Positions 36,617 to 50,680 of a stretch of 64,000 nt of DNA are shown in pieces. A program made the position numbers and the translations under genes. Under the pieces are notes generated by a model that saw nothing but the letters and a program-made list of their open reading frames with translations, was not told where the DNA came from and did not search any database. This stretch comes from Stegostoma tigrinum (taxonomy: Eukaryota). Every line of letters starts with the position of its first letter. Position 1 is the stretch's first letter. The stretch spans positions 4,464,001 to 4,528,000 of the forward strand of contig NC_081397.1 in assembly GCF_030684315.1 (NCBI RefSeq), read 5' to 3'.

Positions 36617-37660
36617 GAACATAGAACAATACAGTGCAGAACAGGCCCTTCGGTCCTCAATATTGGCCCGACCTGCGAACTAATCTAAACCCCTCCCCCT
36701 ACACTATCCCATCATTATTCATATGCTTATCCAAGGACTGTTTAAATGCCCCGAATGTGACTGAGTTAACTACATTGGCAGGCAGGGTGTTCCATGCCCT
36801 TACCACTCTCTGAGTAAAGACCCTGCCTCTGACATCTGTCTTAAATCTATCACTCTTCAATTTGTAGCTATGCCCCCTTGTACAAACTGAAGTCATCATC
36901 CTCGGAAAAAGGCTTTCACTATCTAATCCACTGATCATCTTGTACGTCTGTATTAAATCACCTCTTAGCCTTCTTCTCTCCAATGAGAACAGACCCTAGT
37001 CCCTCAGCCTTTCTTCATAGGGCCTGCGCTCCAGACCAGACATCTTCCTGGTCAATCTCCTTTGTACCTTTTCCAATGCTTCCACAACCTTCCTCTAATG
37101 GGGGGACCAGAACTGCACACAATATTCCAAATGAGGCCGCACGAGCATTTTGTACAATTGCATCATGACATCATGGCTCCAGAACTCAATCCCTCTCCCA
37201 ATAAAACCTATCACACCGTAAGCTTTCTTAACCGCACTATCAACCTGGGTGGCAACTTTCAGGGATCTATATACATGGACAACAAGATCCCTCTGCACAT
37301 CCACAATACCAAGAATCTTTCCATTGATCCAGTATTCTACCTTGCTATTATTCCTCCCAAAGTCAATCACCTCACATTTAGCCATATTAAACTCCATTTG
37401 CCAACTTTCGGCCCAATTCTGCAGTTTATCCAAGTCTCCCTGCAACCTGCAACATCCTTCCACACTCTCCACCACTCCACCGACTTCAGAGTCATCTGCA
37501 AACTTACTAACCCATCCATCAATGACTGCATCCAAGTCATTAACAAAAATGACAAACGGCAGTGGTCCCAACACAGATCTTTGAGGCACACCACCAATGA
37601 CATGGCTCCAGGCTGAATATTTTCCATCAACCACAACTCGTTGCCTTCTTACAGAAAGCC
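36617..37660 (-). mobile_element. Relatively young 5'-truncated CR1 LINE (RT C-terminus and 3' UTR)
   Basis: GVPQRSVLGPLPFVIFVNDLD...SKFADDS...RPHLEYCVQFWSPH; ERRRLRGDLIQTYK. Confidence 0.95.
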
Positions 37661-38737
37661 AGAGGACTTTGGGATTCGCTGGGGGCAATTATTGTGAAGG
37701 CGTGGTGTGAGGGATGAGGTACGGAAAATGCGGGAGACACGGTCAACAGTGTTCTCGATCGCTGCGGGGGTGATGTTGCGGCCCTTGAAGAACGAGGACA
37801 TCTGGGATGTGCAGGAGTGGATTGCTTCATCCTGGGAGCAGATGCGCTAGAGGCAAAGGAATTGGGAATAGGGGATGGAATTTTTGCAGGAAGGTTGGTG
37901 GTAGGAGGAGTATACCTGTTAGCTGTGGGGGTCGGTGGGCTTGAAATGGACATCGGTTTATAGGTGGTCGCCTGAGATGGAGACAGAAAGGTCCAGGAAG
38001 GTAAGGGATGTGTTTTGGAGATGGTCCAGGTGAACTTGAGGTTGGGGTGGAAGGTGTTGGTGAAATGGATGAACTGTTTGAGCTCCTCTTGTGAGCATGA
38101 GGCAGCGCCGATACATTCATCAATGTGACGAAAGAAGAGGTGGGGTTTGGGGCCAGTGGAGCTGCGGAAGAGGGACTGTTCTACATAAGCCACAAAGAGG
38201 CAGGCATAGCTTGGGCCCATTCCTCAGACGACATGTCCATCCTGGGCATCTTGCAGTGCCATAATGATGCCACCCATGGGTTGCATGAACATCAATTAAT
38301 ATTCCGCTTGGGAACCCTGCAGCCCAATGGCATCAATGTGGATTTTACCAGCTTCAAAATCTCCGCTCCCCCCACTGCATCAAAAAACCAGCCCAGCTCG
38401 TACCACCCTCCCTAACCTGTTCTTCCTCTCACCTATCCCCTCCTCCCACCTCAAGCTGCACCTCCGTTTCCGACCTACGAACCTCGTTCCGCCCCCTTGA
38501 CCTGTCCGTCCTCCCCGGACTGACCGATCTCTTTCCTACCTCCCAACCCATACTCTCCTCTGCACCTCTCTTCTCTGTCCACCTTCGGTCCACCTCCCCC
38601 TCTCTCCGTATTTATTTCAGAATCCTCTCCCCCGCCCCATTTTCGACTGAAGCGCCTCGGCCCGAAACATCAGCTTTTTGTGTTCCTAAAATGCTGCTTG
38701 GCCTGCTGTGTTCATCCAGCCCCACACTTTGTTATCA
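37660..38737. mobile_element. Neptune-type Penelope element with internal inversion (RT on minus 37660-38220; 3' end on plus 38221-38737)
   Basis: MGPSYACLFVAYVEQ..FFRHIDEC on minus, joined at 38220 to plus-strand QLIFRLGTLQPNGINVDF and a terminal repeat. Confidence 0.88.
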
Positions 38738-39063
38738 TAAGATTAGGCGTGATGTTTTGAATTAGGGAGCACATCTAACGGGCCGAATGGCCGTTAGCTA
38801 CTCCACTTGCCACCAGAATGTGAGAGCCGGAGGGAGAGAGTTATTAACATGGTCCGGGAAACGATCGAAACTCATCGTTCAGCTTCTGTTTCACGCTCTT
38901 TTTTTGCGAATTGGTATTGAATCGTGGGAAAGAAAAGTCATTATATACAAACGGTCTCTGCTCTTTCCCCCACAGCCCCCAGGTGCTTTGCTGAAACTGG
39001 GTGTAAAGTGAATTGGGGAAATGATCAATTGATTTCTGTCTCTGGGAATTATTTGGAAAAGTA

Positions 39064-39272
39064 GCGCATGCGCGATGTCACCCCCCCCGAAAGAAGTGCA
39101 TTTGGCTGTTTAGAGGAGCGCATGCGTGAGGCCCTCCCCCTGCGCTGCCATTGAGGGGCATTCACTCAGTGAGTGGAAGAGGTTTGTTTGAAACAGACCG
39201 CAATGGAGAGACCAGCGCCCAGGGAAGCGAGGGAGCAGCAGACTCCTTGCGGCAGCGCATCGAGATGTGAGT
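39064..39272 (+). promoter_or_regulatory. CpG-rich promoter with two NRF1 motifs and a putative first exon (ATG at 39203, donor GTGAGT at 39267-39272), facing right
   Basis: GCGCATGCGC 39064-39073 and GCGCATGCGT 39118-39127; GCAATGG context; 64 nt from ATG to GAT|GTGAGT. Confidence 0.6.
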
Positions 39273-40049
39273 CTGGGACACAGAGGGAGGCTCCGAGACC
39301 GGCATTGATTCGGGCTCAGTTCAGGGAGAACCGGGGGCTGTTGGTAAGAGGCCGAGCTGGGCAGGAGCTGGTCCCGGAACTTGGAGAGAGAGCGGCCTGG
39401 GGGCGGGGAGAGAGAGGCCTTTCTCGGGCTGTGTGTGGGCCTGCTGAGGGAGACACAGCGGCGAGAAGCTGCTGGGGGTCAGTCTTGTGGTTTTCACATC
39501 CCCAACCACTGATGGAAATTCATTGTTTGGCTTCTGTTTCATGCTGTTTGTTGACATTGTGCAGTCAAAGTCGAAACACGGACAAGACTAGAAATAATAA
39601 GAACCCTGTAAAGGACATGGATTAGAGTCACTATATTCTACAGTTAGTGCATTGGGATTTGGTAACATGAACTGCGCAGACATTGCAGTGGCTGTGGGTA
39701 GCACCTCACGTGGAGCTGTACAATTATCGTTCCATTTCCAGATTTTACTCAATTGCTATCGAAGGAGATAGGTTTTTCTTAAAAGTCCTGAGACAAGGCG
39801 CAGCTGCAAGTTAAAATGGAATCAGACCTGCATTTGAATTCATGACTTTAAAGAAAAGGCAGATGTCTCATGACACTGTCATCATCTCTCAGGTTCTTTT
39901 GAAATGACAGACTTTTGGAGCACTGTTCTTCAGAAGAAGTAAAAGAAACATCCTAATAACTATTAACTGAGTATTACAGTAATCTTTTTGATATTGTAAA
40001 ACTTAATTGATGTTGATTTACAGGAGTAAACACTTCTGTCTTCCCCCAG

Positions 40050-40131
40050 GAAAACACTTGCAGGAACAAGACAATGTTATGTGTGCTTGGTACGAAGCCA
40101 AGGATGACCAGCTCCTTCGAACAACCAACAG
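40050..40131 (+). other. Exon-like module copy C (82 nt) of the right-arm putative transcript
   Basis: Acceptor CTTCTGTCTTCCCCCAG| and donor CAG|GTATGT. Confidence 0.55.
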
Positions 40132-40974
40132 GTATGTTACCATGTCCAAGCAGAGGACACCCTTTCCACAGGCACAGAGCAAATTGAGTCAGAAATACAA
40201 TCAACTCAATTTCTGGTGACATGCATGCAAGCCAACAGTCAAACACAACCAACAAAATAAAAATAGTTTTCCCCCCCCCCACCTCTGTTTTCTCAACACA
40301 CCACCCTGTTTCAAAAGAAGATCATTTGTAGCCTATTGGCATTTACGGCATTTTTGAAAGTGAATAGACTGAATTTTCATCTGAAATAGACACAAAAGAA
40401 CGGCAGTAAATCTACATTTAGGGTAAGCATGTTTTCAAATTTACTGTCAAGGTGAAGAAATAGTTCATGCTGTTACATAGTTACACCAACCAAACACATA
40501 GCAGATAATGAGAACAGATATGGAAGAAAACATTGACGTTATCATCAGTAACTGAGCAGGACAGCATTCATCTTTTGTCAAATGGATGTCCCAGGCACAG
40601 CCAGAACAGTTAATTAATGTGCCTTCCAAATGCACATCCTGTCCCAAAGCCTGACGTAGAATGCCAGCAGAGTGTATGCACACTTTTTGGCACACGCACT
40701 CCACTGAGTTGTAAATATATACACTATCTCCATCACACGTGTCACACCATCTAACAGCCATGAAGATCATGTATATTGCAAACTTCACAGTGTAACATTG
40801 AAGATGATTTCCACTCACGGATTTCAGGTCAGAGAGCTAGCCTTTCAAGATAAGAGACAAATAGAAAAGAATGTGAGCTAAATACTTCAATCCTCGTGTG
40901 GACATGCACTCCCGTGTTCATAATGTGAATATCACTCATTCACTGTATTTGGGGAAAAAACGACAAATTTTGTG

Positions 40975-41760
40975 GAGTTCAGTTCCGGCAAATGTGAGGT
41001 GATGCATTTTGAAAGATCCACTTCAAGTGCGAACTATGTGGTAAATGGAAAAGCCCTGGCAAAAATTGATGCTCAGAGAGATCTGGGTGTTCAGGTGCAT
41101 TGCACCCTGAAGGTGCAACGCGGGTCGATAGAGTGGTCAAGAAGACATACTGCATTCTTTCCTTCATCAGATGGGTCATTTAGTGCAAGAGTTGGCAGGT
41201 CCTGTTACAGTTTTATAGGGCTTTGGTTTGAACACATTTGGAATATTGTTTTCAGTTCAGGTCACCACATTACCAAAAGGATGTTGATGCTTTGGAAAAG
41301 GCGCAGAGGAGGTTCACCAGGATGTTGCCTGGTACGGAGGGTGCTCGCGATGAAGAGAGTTTGAGTAGATTACGATTATTTACATTAGAAAGATGGAGGT
41401 TGAGGGGAGACTTGATTGAGGCCGACACAGTCATGAGATGAATTGACGGGTTGGATAGCAAGAAGCTTTTTCCAAGAGTGTGGAACTCTATGACGACGCG
41501 TCATGATTTCAAGGTGAGGGGGCAAAAGTTTAAGGATGATATGCATGGAAAATTCTTTACACAGAAGGCTTTGGGTGCCTGGAATGTGTTGCCAGCGGAG
41601 GTTGTAGAGGAGTGCATTATAGTGTCCCTTAATATCTATGTAGACAGATAGGTGACTGGACAGGGAGCAGAGGGATACACATCCTTGGAAAATAGGTGAC
41701 AGGTTTAGATAGAGGATATGGATCAGCACAGGCTTGGAGGGCCAAAGAGCCTGTTCCTCT
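40975..41760 (+). mobile_element. CR1 LINE 3' fragment
   Basis: EFSSGKCEVMHF; EYCFQFRSPHYQKDVDALEKAQRRFTRMLPG; LERWRLRGDLIE. Confidence 0.92.
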
Positions 41761-44700
41761 CAGCCGAATTTTTTTTTTTGTTCTTTGACACTGAATTCCC
41801 AAGAAGTAGTCCAGGAAATATATCGAACAAGAGATTAATTTCACCTCTCTGTGTGTCACCATCTCATCGTAGAGAGATAATTAAAGTATCATTTCCTTTT
41901 GTACAAACTGGAGAAATTGCATGTCAGGATAAGTTTCGAATTGAAATTGACATTGACATTGCATTTCTTTGCATAAAACTACAAACTGAATAGTGAAAAC
42001 CATCTGATACACTTCTACTGAATATAAACTTTGCTATTAAACAGACCAGTAGGAAATCAAGTAGTGACCTGAAATGATACAGAGAATAAACCTACATTCA
42101 AATAGATAACCTAGATTGTTGACTGTACAATTAAGAATGTCTCATACAGTGAGCTTGCAACAACAAATGAACATTAAACTCTATATGTGTCCAGACCAGA
42201 GACAGAGCAAGCCGATATAAGACAGAAAACCTACCCTAGAAATTATACAGGGAGACAATGATAAATGCATTCACAAACCAGATAGCGTCAGGCATAGCCT
42301 AATAACTCATCTCTCAGATTTACACGTCAGGATCTGACGGGGCCAAATGGGTAAAAACACTTGCACAGCCAGAGAGAAGAAACTGACAGGCACGTATTGA
42401 TAACGGCGCACTCATATTCACAGATCAGAAAATGACAGGGACAGAAAGATAATTACACACACATTCAGACTACAAAAACTGGCAGGTACAGGCTGATAAA
42501 TACATGCACACATGACAGGAAAGCAAAAGCATAAGCATATGTAGATTGATAACTACATTTGCATATTCACAGACAAATTTGACAGGGACATATTTGTAAC
42601 ACTTTCACATTCACGAAAGAGCAATTGATGGATATAGGTTGATATCTAAACTCACATATTTCGCAGCAGAAACTGAGAGGGACAGTTTGATGATTACGCT
42701 CATATCTTCACATGACAGCAATCAACAAGTACGAATCGATGATTACCACTCACACACAAATATTCATAGACGTCTGCAGCACAGGAAACAGTCCTTTCTC
42801 TCACTGAATCTGCACTGTTTAGAAACAACCAGCCGACAATTCTACATCAATTCAGCCAGTATTCAAATTCCATGAATGTGCCATGTTGGCAGAGGAAGTA
42901 TCATCCTCACTTTTATCAGTTGTCAATTTCTTCAAGCGTGATCAGATTTTTTTTATTCTATATTAAGCAAGAGGACTTTATAATCAGAGACCTTTTGTTT
43001 TCAAAATAGCTTAAATTTTGTTCAAATAGCTCTGTGTTCCTCTTGACAATCCACCTGAATTTCTACTTAAAACACAAGAAAGCTTCATGCCGTTTTTTTC
43101 AAACAAGCAATATCACAATATAACTGTCCTCACTTATATTTTGCAAAGATTGGTCAACAGTGTTTATTCTTCAGTAAATTCAGTTTGACGGTTCCAGTTG
43201 TGCCCACTGAATGACAGAAAACAAAAGTTCAACACCGAGCATGTTAATGTCCGTGCCATAAAACAAATTCGAAGTAAGAAAACTAATTTTCTTTCCTGCA
43301 CAAGCAACATTGTGGTCAGTCAGCCGCAATGCAGTTGATTTGTTCATTGCACTTCCTCTTTGGCAATAACATACTAAATTAACATCTTTACTTTAGCAGC
43401 ATTCCAAGACTTGTGTCACTATGTAATGTTGAATAATATTAATCTCATCCTGAAAATATCCTTTGATATCACCACAGCGGTTAGACTCTGCAGTGTATCC
43501 TTGGCAAAGGTCCATTGCTTCTCTGTCCTCAACTCTGAAGAAAAGCACACACTCATTTCAGTTGCAATGCCTTGCATTTTCACTTGCTTATAAATGCTGG
43601 AGGCACAAACAACTGAAGAACACAGGCTGTTTCACATTTGCGAAAAAAGAGATGAACCAAAAACTCTGTCCTCTGCCATGGTGGTAATTGGCTCTCCAGT
43701 TTACAAGAAATACTTAATCTGCTCAGTAACGCAATACAGGAAGATAGAAATAGGATCAATTGAGTGTATCTGTCAGTCTTGTTTCATAACAGCAGCTCTT
43801 GTGCCAATGCACAGTAGGTACAGAATAACTTAGAAAGCGTGGAGATGCTGCCAGGTTAGTAGATACCCAGGCAAAAACAAAAGAAAATGCCATTTCTCTT
43901 AAATATCACATGGGTGGGAGAGCTCCCCTTTCATTACGCATTAATAGGACAGGGTAAGAGCCAAGTACTTCAATGCCAGTATGTGAATACTTTCCTTGAG
44001 GATTAAGTATGAGGTATCAGCTTGGCATAAAGTAAATTCGTAATGTTCACGACATCAGAAAATACTGAATCGATTGCATGATCAATGATGAATTATAATG
44101 AAATAGCTGAAGAAGTAAATTGAAATCCAGATTAAATATGCCTCCAAATATCACACCATGTCTTAGATTTGGACATGTAACTAGTGCATCAATTTCCTTT
44201 GTTGAAACTGAAGGAAATATATAGTAGGCCAAGTTTAAAATGAAATAAACATTACAATTACCAAAGGTCTGTTTCCCAGATGTACTTTGACAATATTGCT
44301 GCACTCTCATATTCACAAAGCAGAAACCGATCAGAAGAAACTCTCAGTAACACTCCCAAGCCGCATGAGGCATAAAATGGCATAACAAGGCACTTATATT
44401 CACAGAGTAGAATCTGATAGGGGGAAATAACAATTATATTTCCATATTTAAATCACAGAAACTGATTGGAAAAGTTTTACAACTGCACTTCAACATTCAC
44501 ACTGCAGGTAATGACAGGGACAGATTGATAACAATGTCCGTATATGCACATAGCCAGGAATGATAGGTCGAAATAGATAACTGTGTTCTCATATTCTCGG
44601 AGAGGAAAGCATTACAAATTCATAACTACATTTATATATTCACATCACAAAAACTGATAGTTGCAGATGAATAACTACATTCTCAGGTTCCCAGCGCAGA

Positions 44701-44939
44701 CGTGGACAGATACAGATTGAAATTTGCACTCAAATATTCACGTTGCATGTTCACACATCATTATCAACAGATTAATTACAAAACTCACATCTGTATAACA
44801 CAAATAGACACTGATTGCTGTGTGAAGGTGCAATTGTATTTTTCAATCAGTCCCTGTCAGTTTTCACAATGTGGATGTGTGATTTTAGTTATCAATCAAT
44901 ACCTGTCAGTGAATGCCACGTGAATGTGTGAGGATAGTG

Positions 44940-46100
44940 TAATGCACGTTAACGACATGGATTTTAGTAAGACATTTGATAAAGTACCATGCAGCAGATG
45001 AATCAGAAATGGAAAGGCTTTTGGGATACGGAGCAATTTGCTAAATTGGAAGCAAAGTTTGCTTAGCAACAGGAATCAAATGGTCAATGGCTGCCCTTGT
45101 AAACCGAAAGCTGTTTCAAGTGGTGTTTCTCACAGCTCAGTGTTGGGACTTATGCTGTTTGTTTTATATGATAACAACTTGGACTTGAACACGGGGATAC
45201 AATTGGGAAATTTTCAGCCAGCACAAAAATTTAACAGTGTACTGGTAGTGCAGAGGATAGCTGTCAGCTCCAAAATGATATAGAAGTTTTGGTGGAAGGG
45301 GCAGATGAGTGGCATATGGAGTTCAACTCTGATAAATGTGAGGTAATGCATTTCAGGAGGTGCAAGGACACAAAATAGGAATACATGAGGTGGTGTGGAA
45401 ATTGTACGTAAAGTGAGTGGTTTGGTGTGCAAGTGAAATGGAGTATGAAAATAGCAGTACAGGTGGATAAGATTGTGAAACTTGGTATGTAGAATGCTGT
45501 CGTTTATTGGCAGAGGTATACTACACAAAAGTAGGGCTGTAACGATGAAATTATGTAAGACACTGGTGAGGCTGGAACTGATGTATTGTGCGCCACGATG
45601 GTCACCACATTACAGGACAACGTTATTGCTCTGGATATATTGCAGAGAACATTTACTGGAATGTTGCTAGGGCTGGAGAGTTATAGCTATGAGGATTGAT
45701 TGTAGAGGTTGGAGCTATATTATTTTGAACAGTGAAAGCTGGGAGTGCCATTATTGAGGCAAATGGGATGGGCAGTGATAGAGTCGACAGGGGGAATCTG
45801 TTTCCCTTGGCATTGGGTTTAAAAACCATTGGGTGTAGATGAAGTGAAGTGGCAGGACGATGAGAGATGATGGGAGGAAAACCATTTTTATGAGAGGGTG
45901 CTTATCTCAAATACGTTTCGTGAGTTGCTGATAGCAGAGATTGTCAACTCTTGTAAGAACATATCTGGACCTCCACATTAAGTCTGCAAGCTGCAGGGCT
46001 ATGGGATGTATGCAAGAAGATCGGATTTTATGATGGCCATTTTGGGGTGTTTGGGTCAGCATGGATATAATGAGCCAAATGGCCACCTTCTGTGCTGTAT
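44940..46100 (+). mobile_element. Old CR1 LINE RT fragment
   Basis: MDFSKTFDKVP; VSSGVSHSSVLGLMLFVLY; MKLCKTLVRLELMYCAPRWSPHY. Confidence 0.85.
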
Positions 46101-46534
46101 AATTTTAATTGATCAATAGTTCCTGATCATTCTGTCCCTGTCAGCCTCTGCTGTGCAATACATGAATAATTACCAAAGACCTAGAGGGACACATTGATAA
46201 CTACACTCACACATTCACCAAGTAGCAACTGACATGAATAGATCAATAACTAAACTCGCATCCACTGACAAGCTTCCATTGGGTGGTTCCAGTCATGGAG
46301 CTGTACAGGTATCATTTACTTTCAGGAGCTCATTCAAATGGTGTTGAAGTTTTTAGAAATGATCAGACAAGGAGCAGCTCAGGGCAAGATTGGATCAAGA
46401 CCCATAGTTATGTTAGAATTCCTAGTAATAATATATCCAAATGATTAATAACTAAATGTTGTGTTGATCAGTTAAACATTGTCAAACCCAATTGATGTTG
46501 CTTTACACGAACTATCTCTTCTGTCATCCCACAG

Positions 46535-46618
46535 AAAAAAACACTTGAAGGACCAAGACAAAGTAAGATTTCTTCAGTGCAGAGGCAAGTGTGAGCAGAT
46601 CCTTCTGATAAACAGCAG
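46535..46618 (+). other. Exon-like module copy D (84 nt), donor apparently inactivated
   Basis: Acceptor TCTCTTCTGTCATCCCACAG|; donor position reads CAG|GGATGT. Confidence 0.4.
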
Positions 46619-47744
46619 GGATGTTCCCACTGTCAGAGCAGAGAACATCCTTTCCGCAGTCACAGAGCAGATTGAGTCAGACACACAGTGAGCTTAATTT
46701 CCAACAGATATGTTCAAATTTTACCAACAGGAGAACAAGGTTGGAGAAATTAAACTTTATTTTTCTTATCTCTCCATTCCACATACACAGTTCCAACAAA
46801 TTTCAGCATTCATCACCCATTGACTTTTACACTATTTTTGAAGAGGGATGAACTGAAATTATACACTCAGTATCTGAATGAAATCTATGTAAAATTACTC
46901 TACTAGCAATTATCACATAATGAATCACACCTCCACTAAGAATATTACTGGCTGCTGACAATTAAGCCACTTTTACAAGTAGAAAATGACCAGTATGGAT
47001 TGATGCCTAACCTCACTCATTTGTATTGCAAATGCATACAAAAGAGAAAGGATGACGAGACTCACATATTGACATTGCAGAAACTGACAGCTAAAGATTA
47101 ATAAAGATATTCACACATTCACATCATGGAAACTGGTATACACAGGTTAGTAAACAACACTCACATTCACATAGCAAACTGACAGCAACTGAACGATAAC
47201 TACTTTCACATATCCACACAGCAGAAACTGGCAGCTACATATTGATGACAACTCCCAATTTCACAGACCATAAAGTGACAGGTACAGTTTTATAACTGCA
47301 TACCCACAGATTTAAAAAATACCGACGGGTACAGTTTGATAACTATACTCAAATATTCACAAAGTAGATTCCCACAGGTACATATTGATAACTTTACTTG
47401 CAAATTATGAGGTACTGATAGGTACAGGTTGCTCTACATGCACATATCCATACAGAAGAAATTGATAGGAACTGATTGACGATCACTTTAGAGATAGCAA
47501 GAGCTGCAGATTCTGGAGTCAGCCTTCCCAGTTTCACAAAGCATTAGCTGACAGATACAGTTTGGTAACTACTCTCATATTCACAGAGTGGAAGCTGACA
47601 GGCCGTTATTGATAACTGCACTCACATGGTCACCAAGCAGAAACTCAGAGATTGATAACAGTGACATTCAAATTACAGAAACTGGCGGCTACACAATGAT
47701 AACTGCTGTCACACTTGCATTGCATGAACCGTTGGGGTCAGATT

Positions 47745-48520
47745 AATAACTATGCTGTTGTTGAATTGCTCGACAAGCTTGTTGCTTGTTTAGAGACATT
47801 TTGTCACCAGCTACATAATACGTTCAGTGCACCTCTGGTGATGTGTTGCTGTTGTGTCCTGCTGGCTGTTCATGTGCTGCAGTTTGCTGGGGTGGCTGAC
47901 ATCACTTCTGGATTTGTTTCTCAGTGGTTGGTGTATGGGATCCTGCTCTACGCATTTGTTAATGGCATTCCAGTTTGAATGTCAGGCCTCCAGGAATTCT
48001 CGTGCATGTCTTTGGTTGGCTTTTCCTCAGATGACTAAGTTGTCCCTGTCAAATTGGTGTCCCTCTTTGTCCATGCGTATTGAGATGAGTGATAGTTGGC
48101 CATGTCTCTTGGTAGCTAGTTTGTGTTTACGAATCATGATGGCTAGTTTCCTACCAGTTTGGCCTTTGTACTGCTCTTGGCATCTGTGCACGATATCGTG
48201 CAAATAACGTTGGTTCTGTCAGTTCTGGTTGTTGGCTCGGGGCAATATGGTGCTCATTTCTGATATGTTTTTCATGTTTGGTCAGGTGACTAGTGTCTCT
48301 GGACGTGCTGTGTAATCCATTTGTCGTCTGTTGTGCAGGTGTTGAAGGACAATGCTTTTCAGGTAACCTTCATTTCTATAGTCACTGTATCGTGTTCTTC
48401 CTCAGCTTTACGCAGCTCTGGATGCTGCAGTGTGTTGTGGCTCACTTGAACAGTGTTTTGGTGCAGCTCCATTAAGTAGATATTGGGATGATTGCTATTG
48501 TAGTTGAGTATCTGATCAGA
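47745..48520 (-). mobile_element. Degraded Penelope (Poseidon-type) endonuclease region
   Basis: Reverse complement gives YKGQTGRKLAIMIRKHKLATKRHGQLSLISIRMDKEGHQFD...KPKTCTRIPG/EFLEA, same family as 8.7-9.3 kb. Confidence 0.8.
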
Positions 48521-49049
48521 ATGTATTAAAACATGTAATAACTACACTCTCAGGCTCTCCTAATTGACATTGATGGAGAGCGATTGATAACTAAACATTC
48601 ACATAGCAAAACAGTGTCATGGACAGACTGATAATTTCAGACACATATTCACTGAGTAGAAACTGACTGACAGAGAATGACATCTATACTCAGGTACCCG
48701 GATAGCAGAAACTGACAGGAACAGGTTGATGATAACACGGACATGTACATGATACCTACATCCCTCATTCCACTTGCATTAACTGAGTGGTACAGATTGA
48801 TTCCTGCACTCTCACATTCACACAACAGAAAGTGGCAGAGACAGATATATAACTGCATTCATTCACACGGCACAAACTGTGAGGACGAGGTTGTCAACTA
48901 CGCTGTCACATTTACAGAGCAGAAACTGACAGGTACAAAGTAAATCTGCACTCATACATCCACAAATCAGAAACTGAAAGGCCCACATAGATACCCACAC
49001 TCAGTGTTTCACACAGCATAAACGGACAATATAAAAACCGAAAGAACTG

Positions 49050-50140
49050 CGGATGTTCCCCCCGCAGCGGTCGGCAATGCCCTCAACCGTGTCTTCCACA
49101 TTTCCCGTGCCTCATCCCTCACACCCTGACCCCGCAATAACCGCCAAAACAGAACCCCCTTGGTCCTCACATCCCACCCTACCAACCTCTGGATACAATG
49201 CATCATCCTCCGACACTTGTGCCATCTACAATTCAACCCGACCACCGAAGACATTTTTACTACCCGACCCTTGTCTGCTTTCAGATGAGACCACTCTCTC
49301 CACAACTCCCTTGTCCGCTCCACACTGCCCTCCAACCCCAGCACACCCGGCACCTTCCCCTGCAACCGGAGGAAGTGCTACACTTGCCCTCACACCTCCT
49401 CCCTAACCCCAATCCTAGGCCCCAAGATGACTTTCCACATCAAGCAGATGTTCCCCTGCACATCCGCCAATGTGGTATACTGCATCCGCTGTACGCGGTG
49501 TGGTTTTCTCTACATTGGCGAAACCAAGCAGAGCCTTGGGGACTGCTTTGCAGAACACCTCCGCTTGGTTCGCCATAAACAACTGCACCTCCCAGTCGCG
49601 AACCATTTCAACTCTCCCTCCCATTCCTCAGACAACATGTCCATCCTGGGCATCCTGCAGAGTCATAATGATCCCACCCGTAGGTTGCAGGAACAGCAAC
49701 TCATATTCCGCTTGGGAACCCTGCAGCCTCAAGGTATCGATGTGGATTTCACCAGCTTCAAAATCTCCCTTCCCCCCGCTGCATCCCAAACCAGCCCAGC
49801 TCTTCCCCACCTGCCTAACCTGTTCTTCCCCTCACCTATCCCGTCTTCCCACGTCAAGCCGCACCTCCATTTCCTACCTCCTAACCTCAGCCTGCCCCCT
49901 TGACCGGTCCATCCTCCCCAGACTGACCTATCCCCTCCCTACCTCCCCACCCATACTCTCCTCTCCACGTATCTTCTCCTCTGTCCATCTTCAGTCCACC
50001 TCCCTCTCTCTCCCTATTTATTTCAAAATCCTCTCCCCCTCCCCCTTTTTATGATGAAGTGTCTTGGCCGAAAATGTCAGCTATTATGCTCCTAAGATGC
50101 TGTTTGTCCTGCTGTGTTCATCCACCCCCATGCCTTGTTA
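49050..50140 (+). mobile_element. Neptune-type Penelope 3' half
   Basis: NVVYCIRCTRCGFLYIGETKQSLGDCFAEHLR...QLIFRLGTLQPQGIDVDF. Confidence 0.92.
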
Positions 50141-50552
50141 TCTGCGGAAGCTGTAAATCAGGAACAAAAACAAAGTTGCTGGAAAAGCTCAGCAGGTCCA
50201 GCAGCATCTGTGAGGGAGAAAACAGAGTTAACATTTCAGGTCCGGTGTACAGATCCATAACTAAACTCACGTATTCACATTGAGGAATCTTTGAGCGAGA
50301 GACTGATAATCACAGTCACACATTCAGAGAACAGGAACACACAGGCTTCGACTGATAACTAACTTCTGTATTAACATAGCAGAAACTGACTCGCATTGAC
50401 TGGTAACTGCATTCATGTTATCTTGTCAGGTGCAACAAACAGGTACGGATAGATAACTACACTCACACATTCACACCGTAAATACTGACAATGACAAACA
50501 GCTTCAATCCCACCGATTGCATAGCAGAGACTGTCAAGAACAGATTGATAAC

Positions 50553-50680
50553 AAAGTGTGGAGCTGGACAATCACAGCAGGCCAAGCAGCTCCTGAGACG
50601 CTGCTTGGCCTGCTGTGTTCATCCAGCTCCACACTTTGTTGTCTTGGATTCTCCAGCATCTGCAGTTCCCGTTATCACAG
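50553..50680. mobile_element. Fold-back Penelope-terminal-repeat mini-element in the 47-bp satellite
   Basis: Inverted repeat AAAGTGTGGAGCTGGA..CACAGCAGGCCAAGCAGC / GCTGCTTGGCCTGCTGTG..TCCAGCTCCACACTTT, flanked by GAACAGATTGATAAC at 50538-50552 and 50681-50695. Confidence 0.8.
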
